Below are positions 47,781-58,700 of a DNA stretch of 64,000 nt, piece after piece (position 1 is the stretch's first letter; every line of letters begins with the position of its first letter). The stretch comes from Andalucia godoyi And28 (Eukaryota > Protista > Jakobida), in assembly GCA_009859145.1 (NCBI GenBank), contig VRVR01000012.1, positions 124,001-188,000 on the forward strand, given 5' to 3'. A program made the position numbers and the translations under genes. Under the pieces are notes generated by a model, which saw nothing but the letters and a program-made list of their open reading frames with translations, did not search any database and had not been told where the DNA came from.

Positions 47781-49193
47781 ATGATTCCAAAACCAGTGGA
47801 TTTGAAACAACCAACCAAAGATATGGATAATGTTTCAGATTTGCTGCGGTTTTATAGAACATATGGAATCAGAGCAAAGGGAGCCGCATTAGCAGGATCG
47901 ACACAGAAAGAGGATGATAGTGGTCCAAGTCATACCCAGCGTTCATCATCGTTTGGAAGACTGCCGCCCCCGATTCCAGCAGCCGGAACTCAGCATCGAG
48001 TGGATGCACAGTCTCCGATGAAATCCCCAATTGGATCGCCGAACGCATCGAGTAAAAGAGCCTTTCTCAAGGAGGAAATGCAAAAGGAGAGAAATGCAGT
48101 TGTTTTGCAACAGTCTAAACTCCAAACTCCAGTGAAACCGACATCCGGGATGAAGAAGGAGAATTCTAAAACCACGTTTGAGCATCTTGGCCAGTGGAGT
48201 CAATCGGATGATGATGATAGTGGAGGTGGAAACGGAGGAGGAGGAGGAGGAGATCATGATGTTGATGATGGCGGTGGTGATCGGAAACATGGACAAGGAG
48301 AGGACACCATGCGAAATGTAATTGTCCGCTCGCAAGCGCCTGGTCGTTCTGACCGTTTTCGGGCTTCACCAACGCAGTCAAGGAGAACCGCAAGTGAGGA
48401 ACAGAGGAATGTGGAGAGTGGGGATGAAGCGGCGGGACTGGATCATGTTCTTGCAAACATTAGATCGATACGTGAGAACATGGAGCGTGTATCACCTGAG
48501 AAAAAGGCTCGGTCTCGGAATCGAAAAGAACCCACTGCTCGACAGACGGTGGCTCAGGCATTTGGAAACGATTTGTACCATACGCGTCAACGGTCGAGCT
48601 CGTCGTTGTCTTCGACTGCGGAAAAGAGTGTGCTGAGCAGCAGCTTCGCCCGACAGGATTTGGAAAGGTTGCGGAAGAAGGTTGAGGAAATGGCAGATCA
48701 TCTCAGTGTGGTATTGGATTCGTCCGCAGCCACAGAATACTCGTCTCCGGAGAAAGGGTCCAGAATGGTGTCGTTCAAGAGCCCAAGACCCCGTCGGAAA
48801 CGACCGAGCAGTGGCATGACAATGAAAAACAAGAAGTCAGTATCCGGACCATGCGCTAGAAATGTGCACAGCGCAGGAATGCGAAGAACGCCAAGATCGA
48901 GAAGTCACAGTGAAGAACAAGAGCGGCGCTCATCTGCTGAGCGAAAGCGATCAACCAGCAGCGAGAACATTGTCTCGTTTGAACGATCGGCGCACCAAAC
49001 GATCCTGGCAGTGGAGAATCTGAAGAAACACATTCGGATGCTTCAGCGAGCATCGAGGGGCGTGTTCGACGAGATTTCGGCTGCCGCGGAAGATCCTCCT
49101 GGCACTCCGGGCTATGCTCGATCCACAAGTGCGCAGCGTTCTCGATGCGAGAGCCGTTCGACATCGGCAGATCGCATTCCTTGGCGATGTTGA
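47781..49193 (+). CDS. Hypothetical S/R/K-rich low-complexity protein with coiled-coil segments
   Basis: 470-codon ORF between AT-rich spacers, with coding-like composition. No family recognised. Confidence 0.6.
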   Translation: MIPKPVDLKQPTKDMDNVSDLLRFYRTYGIRAKGAALAGSTQKEDDSGPSHTQRSSSFGRLPPPIPAAGTQHRVDAQSPMKSPIGSPNASSKRAFLKEEMQKERNAVVLQQSKLQTPVKPTSGMKKENSKTTFEHLGQWSQSDDDDSGGGNGGGGGGDHDVDDGGGDRKHGQGEDTMRNVIVRSQAPGRSDRFRASPTQSRRTASEEQRNVESGDEAAGLDHVLANIRSIRENMERVSPEKKARSRNRKEPTARQTVAQAFGNDLYHTRQRSSSSLSSTAEKSVLSSSFARQDLERLRKKVEEMADHLSVVLDSSAATEYSSPEKGSRMVSFKSPRPRRKRPSSGMTMKNKKSVSGPCARNVHSAGMRRTPRSRSHSEEQERRSSAERKRSTSSENIVSFERSAHQTILAVENLKKHIRMLQRASRGVFDEISAAAEDPPGTPGYARSTSAQRSRCESRSTSADRIPWRC

Positions 49194-49432
49194 TTTGGGG
49201 TTGTTGGGGAAACTGGAGCAATTCATATACACGGCATCCGCAAGGTTTAGACAAGCTCAACAGCAGCAGCAGCAGCACGAGCGCACGGGAGGAATGAGAA
49301 AGAAAGAAGAAGGACAGCACGCACACGCACGCAGGTACACATACGCATAAAACGCATTTAATTTTTAAAAATAATAAGAACAACAACGTGTTTTCATCTG
49401 CCGAAAGGGAGATGCTGAGACGCGCACGCAAG

Positions 49433-50854
49433 CTATGCAGGATTGTATCCTTTCGATCCAACAATGTTCTTACGGATGAAGTGGAACGCAATCATGCCAA
49501 TAACACCGCAGCCAGCAACGACTCCGAAAGCAACGGCAATGTTGGTAGAGGTAGACCACTTGTTCTTGGAATCGCCATCGTCCGGGATCGGAGTGTACGA
49601 GATGCGATAGATGCGTCCGAATTTGTCATCGGACAGCAAAAGCGAGCCATCTTGCAAGACTTCCAAATCCACAGGGCGCCCCGTAACAGTTGAATTGGTA
49701 CCGTCGACTACCAGGAATCCAGACAGAAAAGTGTTGTACGAAACAGCATGAGTGCCGGAAGCATCCAGCTGGACGTTTGTGATGCGATGGCCAACAGGAA
49801 TCGATCGATCCCACGACCCGTGTTCTGCAATGAAGATGGAGTTTTTGTAATAGTCCGGAAACATGGATCCAGTGTAGAAGCGCATTCCAAGAGCAGCAAC
49901 ATGAGCCCCAAGTTCCTGCGCGGCGCCGACAAACCCCGAGCACGACTTTTCAAAGTTGAATTCGTCGTCAACAAGATCCTTTCCAAAACAAAATGGGAAG
50001 CCATAATGTAAACTCTCAAACCCAACAGGAACGCGGTTCAACTCATCGGGTGGTCGGTCGTCATGGTCTGGATCCCATTGGTCACGCCCATTGTCTGTCC
50101 ACCAAAACTCACCTGTAACTGGAGAAAAGTCGAAACCGACCGAATTTCTCATTCCAAACGCAACGGTCTTCCAGGATGGTCGGTCCGGGTTCGACATGTT
50201 GATGGCCACAATCTGGCCAAAGTTCTGCACTGGACCGGGGGCCTGTCCGTTCAAGCACTGTCCACAGGCAGAGAAGTTACTGCACGCTGCAGGCTGGAAG
50301 CGCAGTTCGCACGAGCAGGTTCCGTCCGCAGGATCAAGAGGAGTGTTGCACGGCGATCCAATGGCAACATAGATCAGACCGTCTGGGCCAACCTTGATGT
50401 ATCTCCATCCGTGCCAGGAAGCAGAAGGAATAACCTTGGATGCATCCGAAAGCTGGAAAACCATGACAGGTGCCGCAACATTCGTCAAATCATTCTCGAC
50501 GTTTGGGACTTTGAGAACGCGGTCATTCAGCGCAATGAGCAAGTCCCCATTGAAGAGCGCGACTCCATTTGGCATACTGAGGTTGGCAGCTACAATGTAC
50601 GACTTCTTGGCAACCACATCAAGTGCATACACATGCGAAGGAAGCGGATTCGAGTCTGCATCGAACTTCAAAGATCCTGCAAACACAATTCCAGAGGGCG
50701 ACACAGCCAGCGAACGAACATTCGGTATGTTGTCAAACAGCAGTTCCACAGAAAATCCTACAGGCACGCTCACTGCAGAGGGCACTTGGGCATACGCAAC
50801 AGTAACTGCCACGGCTGCAAAAACCAAACCACACAGTACCGCAATACCTTGCAT
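49433..50854 (-). CDS. Glucose/L-sorbosone dehydrogenase (PQQ-type beta-propeller) family, type I membrane protein
   Basis: Signal peptide; HGWRYIKVGPDGLIYVAIGSPCN; GMRNSVGFDF; TDNGRD; PPDELN; AHVAALGMRFY; AEHGSWDR; GRPVDL..DGSLLLSDD; C-terminal TM and short tail. Confidence 0.85.
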   Translation of the reverse strand: MQGIAVLCGLVFAAVAVTVAYAQVPSAVSVPVGFSVELLFDNIPNVRSLAVSPSGIVFAGSLKFDADSNPLPSHVYALDVVAKKSYIVAANLSMPNGVALFNGDLLIALNDRVLKVPNVENDLTNVAAPVMVFQLSDASKVIPSASWHGWRYIKVGPDGLIYVAIGSPCNTPLDPADGTCSCELRFQPAACSNFSACGQCLNGQAPGPVQNFGQIVAINMSNPDRPSWKTVAFGMRNSVGFDFSPVTGEFWWTDNGRDQWDPDHDDRPPDELNRVPVGFESLHYGFPFCFGKDLVDDEFNFEKSCSGFVGAAQELGAHVAALGMRFYTGSMFPDYYKNSIFIAEHGSWDRSIPVGHRITNVQLDASGTHAVSYNTFLSGFLVVDGTNSTVTGRPVDLEVLQDGSLLLSDDKFGRIYRISYTPIPDDGDSKNKWSTSTNIAVAFGVVAGCGVIGMIAFHFIRKNIVGSKGYNPA

Positions 50855-51317
50855 CTTTGGCGAGGAGGAAGATGGGATTTCCAAACTCTGCAGGAATCAG
50901 CTCGCAATATAAAAACAGGAAAAAGAATACGAATGACAAGGCGCTTCCCAGAAATGGGTGGCGTCGTTGGGCGCGAAGGCTGCACGAAACACCAGAAGCA
51001 TATCCTCAAGTGATGCTGGAATTGCCAAAAAAAATAAATAAAGAGAAAAGACCTTTTCCTGCTTCTACGACCGAGACAGGATTCCTGGAAAAACGACCAT
51101 TTGAGGGGAAGGGAAAGCACGTCTTTTTCTATTAGTTTGTTTTTCGAGATTTGGAAACACCATCATAAACAACTCATTTTCCCTTCAGGTGAAAAAGTAA
51201 ATAGAAAGGGGAAAAAAAGAGAAAAAAAGGAGGAGTTGGGAAGATAGTCATGGAAGTATAAAAAGAAATAATCAGTTTGATAAAAAGAAAGCAATACGAC
51301 GAGCAGCGTGAAGACAG

Positions 51318-51635
51318 ATGACTCGGTACCAGCCAAGCCAGGCATTAGTTGATGTAGCGCAATCGAATCTCAAACGGCTACTGCTGTTGCTTTCGGATGA
51401 GCAAGAGCGGGTTCCAAGCTACGGTGCTTCGTTGGCGGAGCTGCATTCGGCGCTGGCAGAACTCCAGGCAAGGCTGGATCGACTTCGGCAGACTCCTGAA
51501 TACCGGAACTCTGGTAATGCAGATCGCGCAAACACGGAAAGCATAATGCAGCTGAATCGAGAAGCGCTTTCCGACATTGAGCAGTTTGCGCGGTCTATGC
51601 AGCCTGCACCAAAACCTGATATTGTAAAGTTGTAG
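51318..51635 (+). CDS. Small helical/coiled-coil hypothetical protein (105 aa)
   Basis: ATG-initiated ORF with heptad-like leucine spacing, flanked by an AT-rich 5' spacer and a 3' microsatellite. Confidence 0.55.
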   Translation: MTRYQPSQALVDVAQSNLKRLLLLLSDEQERVPSYGASLAELHSALAELQARLDRLRQTPEYRNSGNADRANTESIMQLNREALSDIEQFARSMQPAPKPDIVKL

Positions 51636-51643
51636 CATGTACG

Positions 51644-51771
<128 letters not shown>

Positions 51772-52018
51772 ATCCGCGTGCTCCAGTGGTCAGTGGACAC
51801 GTCCCGAGCTCCGGTGGAGCATATTTCAGAAATTCCGGCGACTGTAGTCCGTCTTTTCGCTGACGGCTGACCCGTAGCAACTTTCCACAATTCCGAGAGT
51901 TTCTGGCAAAGCAGCGTCTTCCGAATAACGCATGTCGAATGTCGCATGTCGTGTGTCGTGGGTTGGAGTCTGTGAGTGGGAGGGTGCATGAGTGGGTGGG
52001 ACACACAGAAAAGAGAAG

Positions 52019-54160
52019 ATGAGCGAATCAAAGCCAAAGAAGATGACGCTTCTAGAGCATCCTTACATTTCGTTCTCTCCGTTTCTGTCAAAGGCGTTTC
52101 TGAGTTGGCCGATTGCATTCCAGGAGTATGTTGTGCGGACGCTGTACAATGTTCCGATAGCCGATCCAAATTGTGTGTCGAAAGAAGAGGTGTTTCTTCT
52201 GCAGGTCGTCGATGCGAAACTAGAAGGGTTATGGAGGAAAACAGTGAATGACAACTCGTTTGTGCGAACCGATTGGAGCGTAATGCCGATTCCTCTGATC
52301 GATCGCTCCTATCTTCCACAAGCTCGACGACTACCAATGCCGGATACCGAACAGCTGGCATACATTAGAGTGATTGTCAGAATGTCATTCACATTTGAAA
52401 AGCTGAGAGCCGAAGCAGTGAAGTTCCCAGAGCTGTTGCTTCCACAAGATCGCATTGCAAAATTCGACAAGAATGCAGTCGCAGCTGGTTTGAACCCATT
52501 GGCCGTCGCGCTTAATTCGCTCACGTCGTCTGCGTCGTCTGCATCGTCTGCATCGTCCCTGTCTTCTTCATCAGCGCCAGAAATGTCTTCAATGACTCCT
52601 GCGCCGCTTGCAGTACCTGCAAGAAACATGCCGTATAATCCAGCAGCCCACTTGGCAGGGCCTTCTTTGTATCAGCATATGCAGCAAGCCTGCATTCAGA
52701 ATCCGAACTTCGCTGCATCAGCACAGGTCGGGCCGTCCGCGTCTGGGAATGGACGTGCTCCGTCACATCATCAGTTCGTGCCAGCGACGGCGCCTCGTGC
52801 AACACCGTCCGTGTATGGCACGATTGCAAACCCACAGCAACCGCCATTTATTGATCCTAAAGCATTCGGCTATGTTTCGGCTCCTCCCAAACCTTCTTCT
52901 ATTTCGTCTTCATTCCCATCCTCAGTTGGCAGTTCTGCAATTCCTGCCCCGCTGCCTGGGGCAGTGGATAGGAAAGCAATCGAGTCTGGTCTTCCTCCGT
53001 CGCCAGTTCCGCTTGGGAAGCTACCAATGCCCACGGTTCCGTACGGTGCTGCGCCTGCGAGTGCTCCGGCTTCTTGGGCGTCAATGGTAGCCGGCACAGC
53101 TCCCATTCCGATTCCGGCGACCCAGTCCGGCTCTGCACAACCGAGGCTGGCGGAAGGCGTTTCCAAAAGAAGGAAGCAGCATACGTCGGAGCACGAAAAG
53201 AAGCAAGAGCTGAGAGCCGCGCGATTTTCCGAGTCGCTGAAGAAGTCAGTACCGACCGTTTCTTCGACAGTCAACATGGACTGGCTGCTCCCGACTTCTG
53301 AGAATTTTGTGGGGAGATCGACAGAGCTGGAGAGAGCGTATCTGCGACTCACCGGGCCCCCAGATCCTGCTCAAGTGAGACCCGAGTTTGTGCTGAAAAA
53401 GGCCCTTCCGCTTGTCTTGGCCAAGTACAAGGAAAAGCCCGAGGTAGATCGTTACATCTACGCGTTCGAACAGCTCAAGTCCATCCGGCAGGATCTGGTG
53501 ATTCAGAGAATCCGAAACCCCTTCACTGTGCATGTATATGAAGCCCATGCGCGTATTGCGCTCGAACGCGCAAATCCCGATCTGTCCGAGTATGTTCAGT
53601 GTCAGAAGAATCTGATGGATTTGTACTCGGAAGGAATCAAGTCAAAGTGCCGAGATGAATTCTTCACGTACAATGCTCTGCAGCTTCTGTTGCTGAACAA
53701 TTCGACGGAACTCAGTGAACTTCTCCGACGGGTTTCCGTTGCCGAACGAACCAGGAATAACGATTGGTTCGATACAAAATCTGCGTTTTGGCAGTACGGA
53801 ATCAAGGTCATTCGGCTGCACAACAGCTTCCACTATGCGGAATTGATGACGGTACTCGTGCAAAGAGCTCAAAGCGGTCTCGGGACTGCGCTAGATGATG
53901 CACTTCTCCGTGCAGTGCGACACCGCTTATGGCTTTCCTACCTGACCGCATATCGACCGAGCAAGCTGGATGTAAAGTTTCTTGCTTCGTCTTTGGGATT
54001 TGCGGTAGACGACGAAGACCCGGAAGAAGCTTGCATCGATTGGCTGGACGACAAGGACATTGAATGCGAGGAAATAGATGCCGAGGATGCCTCCAAGGTT
54101 CTAGTCGTCAGCATGTCTGCTGCGTTTCAGAAAGAAGTCGAACGAAGTTCCGAAACGTAG
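52019..54160 (+). CDS. LENG8: SAC3/GANP/THP3 (LENG8-like) PCI-domain protein
   Basis: FVGRSTELERAYLRLTGPPDPAQVRPE.VL, EQLKSIRQDLVIQRIRN.FTVHVYEAHARIALE and EYVQCQKNL. Confidence 0.85.
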   Translation: MSESKPKKMTLLEHPYISFSPFLSKAFLSWPIAFQEYVVRTLYNVPIADPNCVSKEEVFLLQVVDAKLEGLWRKTVNDNSFVRTDWSVMPIPLIDRSYLPQARRLPMPDTEQLAYIRVIVRMSFTFEKLRAEAVKFPELLLPQDRIAKFDKNAVAAGLNPLAVALNSLTSSASSASSASSLSSSSAPEMSSMTPAPLAVPARNMPYNPAAHLAGPSLYQHMQQACIQNPNFAASAQVGPSASGNGRAPSHHQFVPATAPRATPSVYGTIANPQQPPFIDPKAFGYVSAPPKPSSISSSFPSSVGSSAIPAPLPGAVDRKAIESGLPPSPVPLGKLPMPTVPYGAAPASAPASWASMVAGTAPIPIPATQSGSAQPRLAEGVSKRRKQHTSEHEKKQELRAARFSESLKKSVPTVSSTVNMDWLLPTSENFVGRSTELERAYLRLTGPPDPAQVRPEFVLKKALPLVLAKYKEKPEVDRYIYAFEQLKSIRQDLVIQRIRNPFTVHVYEAHARIALERANPDLSEYVQCQKNLMDLYSEGIKSKCRDEFFTYNALQLLLLNNSTELSELLRRVSVAERTRNNDWFDTKSAFWQYGIKVIRLHNSFHYAELMTVLVQRAQSGLGTALDDALLRAVRHRLWLSYLTAYRPSKLDVKFLASSLGFAVDDEDPEEACIDWLDDKDIECEEIDAEDASKVLVVSMSAAFQKEVERSSET

Positions 54161-54501
54161 ATTGCCCTGCCTGTTTCCCCCTCCCACTTCTCGCTGTTTT
54201 GCAGGCTTTTTGCGCTGCGATGAACAACGCCGGCCTTCGAACTGTGGATGTATTGTCTTCTCAAATTTTGTTCCTATTGTCTTTGTTTACTTGCTTTGTT
54301 CTGCTTCTTTCGATACAAGGGGAAGCGATTTGGTTATCGTGTTTCCTTTCCTTTCTTTTTAGCTTTTTTAACTTTTTGTTTTATCTTGTTTTTCTTTTAG
54401 TTTTGTCATTCTATTGTACAATTCCGCAAACTACATGGGAAGACATTTCTATACAGTACACATGACCATCACAAGACACCAAGAAAGAGTCTCAAAAATC
54501 C

Positions 54502-55392
54502 TCATAGCAACTCGCAGTCGCCAGTTTCTATAATTTTTCGGCGGACATCCGAGTATCGCAGTACGTAGGTGGACCCGGCTTCCAGCCGAAGAGGGTTTCC
54601 TTCAAAACTCCCTTCATCCAGATACGTTTCGTTGATCGCACGACAAAAACAATGAACGTTCAGATCCGGGACCGGCACAGAATCCTCCTTGTTCTCTCGA
54701 ACTCCGATCGATTGATACGAAAGAGGGAGCATGTTCAGGAACGAGTTGTGCAGATGACTCTTCAGCAACACCACGTAATTACGGACAAAATCCTGCTCAG
54801 CAGGAGAGAGCAGCATCACGGCTTCTGCTGTCAGCTCCACCTGCGGGATTCCCACGCTCGCCACGTCCTCGGGCTGACTTCTGCGAGCATCGCCCGAGGG
54901 TGTCACCGGTCGATTCAAGGACGTGTCGCTGCGGTCAGCGATGTCCGTAGCTGAAACCGACATGTTCGTGTGTGAATCTGGACGAGTCATCGGCGGCGTC
55001 TGCAGTCCGATTGCCGACGTTGCTTCGTCTTCTCTTGACGCAAACGAACGCTCCACAACAGGAGTGGAATTTCCAGAAGACACACCGATTCGGCTTTGTC
55101 GCAATGGCTGAACCTGTCGAACAAAGGAAAATGCATGTTTCTGAATCTTGTAGAGACGGGTCCGCATGTAACAACGCAGCGTGAACTTCACACGATCCAT
55201 TTCAAGCTGCAAAATCGCGGGGTAGTCTGCCACGGCTTTAGAGCGCAGCGTCTCCAGCCGCACTTCTTGCTCATCCAGCGAGAAATTGATCATGTCGAGC
55301 GATTTTGCTTGGTACGGCAGAACCTCGGGTGACATTCGCTCGTTTGCCAGCCATCGCCGCAGCGTCTCTAGAGCTTCACGGGCATCAGACAT
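54502..55392 (-). CDS. GINS4: GINS complex subunit SLD5 with an internal low-complexity insertion
   Basis: WLANERMSPEVLPY, QLEMDRVKFTLRCYMRTRLYKIQKH, LSPAEQDF, PDLNVHCFCR and GSTYVLRY. Confidence 0.9.
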   Translation of the reverse strand: MSDAREALETLRRWLANERMSPEVLPYQAKSLDMINFSLDEQEVRLETLRSKAVADYPAILQLEMDRVKFTLRCYMRTRLYKIQKHAFSFVRQVQPLRQSRIGVSSGNSTPVVERSFASREDEATSAIGLQTPPMTRPDSHTNMSVSATDIADRSDTSLNRPVTPSGDARRSQPEDVASVGIPQVELTAEAVMLLSPAEQDFVRNYVVLLKSHLHNSFLNMLPLSYQSIGVRENKEDSVPVPDLNVHCFCRAINETYLDEGSFEGNPLRLEAGSTYVLRYSDVRRKIIETGDCELL

Positions 55393-55590
55393 TGGCTCTA
55401 TTACTGAAATGACAACGATGACAACAAAACAATCTCTGCTATAACAGAAACGGTGTGTTTGAGACAAACGAGTTCCGCAGATAATTGTATTGATATTTTG
55501 TATTATTTTTTTTTGCTATCCTGGGTTTTCCATGAGTGTTTCTGAATATGGAGTTGTTCGTCTGATTCGACATTTGGCAAACGAAGCGTT

Positions 55591-55602
55591 TTTGGCGCCA
55601 AA
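55591..55602. promoter_or_regulatory. Palindromic E2F-like site upstream of SLD5
   Basis: Perfect palindrome TTTGGCGCCAAA, ~200 bp 5' of the SLD5 ATG. Confidence 0.55.
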
Positions 55603-55726
55603 GCACACGCTTTACGAAAGAACGGAGCTCTTTATTATTACTTATTGATTTATTTTTTGGTGCAGGCGGCAGCGCAGCGACTGGCTGCAGAAATCCTAAC
55701 CCTCTGATGGAGATTGGTGAGGAATT

Positions 55727-58700
55727 TTATTGGCCTGTTCCTTCATGAATGGCAGCAACCAACTCTGCAATGTCCCGCTGTGTCTTTTCTCGCTCTGCAT
55801 ACAGCGAGGAAATCTCAGCTTGACTATCTCGTAACTGCCTCTCGAACTTTCCAGCAGTCAACTGCAGCACATCCATTTCTTTCCTGAGCGCAACCTGTCG
55901 CGCTTCTGAATCCGACGCCCGTGTTTCGACTTCATGAAGTCGCATTTGCAGTCTTTCATTTTCCGCAGCGGTCTCTCGGACTTCAAACTCAAGCCCGCGC
56001 ATGCGATCTACAGCATCTGTGAGCGTCGCACTTCGATCCTCGAGAGCCTGCTTCAAACCGGGAACCTCCTCTGCCTGCGCCTTGACCGACTCGGCTTCGA
56101 TGCGGGCATCCGAAAGCGCTTTGCGAAGCGCAGCGATTGTTTCTTCGTGGCGCTGAAGCTGACTCTCGTTGTGCGAAGCCTTGATCTTTACATCCGCAGA
56201 AGCCATGAGCACCGCTTTGCGCTCCTCTTCAAAGACCTTCACACGGTGTTCAAGATCGCTGACACGCTCACGAAGGCGGCCATTCTCGGCTTGCGAATCA
56301 GCAAGTCGGCGCGAGGACTGTGCGAGCATGTGTCTGATTTCCGAGGACAGTCGAGTCCACAGACGCGCAAAGGCCCGCTGCTGATGGAGCAAAAATGCGT
56401 CAAGGATCCGAGAGAACGGAGGTCGAGACTTTAATAATGCCGCAAACCGGCGCATAAAATCTCGAGCCTCTGCATCATCTTCTGCATCGTAGTCAAGCAG
56501 CGACAGAGAAAGCCCATCTCGCATCTCATCGGGAAACCCAGCTTCCAACCGCACCGCCTGGATTGTCGTAGATACTTGCTGAATTCTCTGCTTCAACGTC
56601 TCGACCAACCGCTGGGCATCAATCAGGCAATCCGAAACAGCGTGTTGCTGCTTTGATGCGAGCGTCGAGGTTTCTTCTCTCCAGCGATCTCGCTCGCCAC
56701 GGAGCGTTGAAAGCGCTTCAGCAAGCTCTGCAGCATGCCGAGAATACTCTCCGCATCGATCGGTCAGTTCTTCTAGCCGCTTCTCCAACTCTGTCGATCG
56801 CTCACGATTCTCGGAAAGCTCTGCTTTGAACTTCTTTTCTTCTGACTCTCTACGAGACTGCTCATGCACGAGATTCGTTTCCAATTCGGCGCAAACTTCG
56901 TCGAGCTGTTCTGCCCTTTCCTTGGTGTTTGCGTAACCAGCACGGAGTCGCATCAGTTCACTTTCCATTGCGCCATGCTCCTCTGAGAGGCGTTGGTAAG
57001 ATGACTGAAGATCCAAGTACAGGAACCGAAGTCGGTCTTCAGAGACAGTCTGGCTGTCGTGTCGACGGACACTGCTGCTGCTGGACGACTCTGCCTGTGG
57101 CGGAATAGCCCCTCCAGCGTCTCTCGGCTCAGTGGTGATAGCTCCCGCATTAGCGCAACCTGTCCAGTTTGTGCTTTCTAACCGACTTCTGCGAAACTGC
57201 TGGGCGCCCGAAATTTCTTCAATCGTTGCGTTGTCCTTCGAATCGTACAACGAAGGGCTGCCGTGAGCACTTGATGCGAAACGACCGGAGTCCGTCAAGC
57301 TCGTATTCAGGAGCTGTGGGTTCTGGTTTTCATCAAGTACCCCAGAATCATCGGCGTCGAGAGACTGGTGGTTATTCGATTGCACCTCTAAGTCATGAAA
57401 CGCTTCGAACGCTGGATGCGAATGCACAGATGTTGGAGTTTGGAGTGAGGAAGTGGCTTGCTGAGATGGAAGACCGGAAGTCGATGGATTCCATCGGGGA
57501 GGAAGACCAGGACTGGGCTCCACTCGTCGCTCGCTGGACGCATCTTGGCCTGCTGCTGTAAAAACAGGCGCTGGTGACACAGTCCCCAGGGTGGAAACTT
57601 GTGCCAGTGGCTGGCGATGCGGCGCTTGATCACGAGTCTGCTGAGGAGAACTGGCGGACAGTCGTGGAGTGCCAACGGGCTGCTGCTGCTGCGTGCGGCT
57701 TGCAGCCTTTTTCTGCAGGTTTGCCGTTCTAAGAACCTGCTCGTACTTTGATTCTGCTGCAGGGCTGGGAGCTTCCGAACCGACATACTCGTCAGCGGCA
57801 GAATCCAGACGTCCGGGAAGTTCGTCATCGGAAGAATCTTGCAAGGCAGAAATTAAGCGGCGAGACCCGGAAGAAGCGGCGACTGCTTGTCTCTTTCTTC
57901 TGTACACACTTGGGCTTGGGCTTGCGGCCGCAACTGCGATTGCAGGCTTTCCGCCGTCCTCGTCCCCAGAATCGGCAGAAGCGTGAGCGTCTCTGTTTCC
58001 ATGCACGGAAGACGGAGTCCGGTTGTCATTTCGCTTCGCAGGCTGACGACGAGGAGGAGAAGGGGCAGCAACGTTGACCACGCTCCATTTCTGGGACTTC
58101 ACGGGATTGTCTTCTTCTTTTTGGGCCTTCCGTGTCGGCGGGATCGACCACAGCGTCCAAGATGCAGAAGACGAAGACGAATCGTCGCCATCTCGTGCTT
58201 GAGGCAGCATACGCGAATGCAAAAACTGGACCAATGCAGAAAGTTGAGAAGCAAACAAGCGATGAGCATATCGCACACACGCCACGGTGGCCGCACGGAA
58301 CTCGTCTTCTGGGCCGACTGTTGTGAGAAATAAAAACGGGCTATCCGGTTGCATAGCATCCTTTAGAAAATGCACCAATTTCGAATCACGATACGGAGGC
58401 ACCGTAACGGTTGGGGCAAACGGAAGAGGAGCGGAGGCAGCTGAAGGTGCTCGAACTCCAGAGAGGAAAGGCGTGGGGTCAAGAGGATGCAGTTGCGAAG
58501 CTGCAGCGGCAGAATATGTCTTGTGGAACAAAGCTTGGGAAACCAGGGCTAGCGCATTGAGCGGTTTTGCTGCCTCGCGTACGGTGTTCAACTTCACAAT
58601 GTGCATTTTGCGCACACGTCTTTTTGTCAGTCCATGTCCGCCGGCAGAACGAACGGTTGACGACATTTCGACCATCTCAATGTACAGCGAAACAATGATG

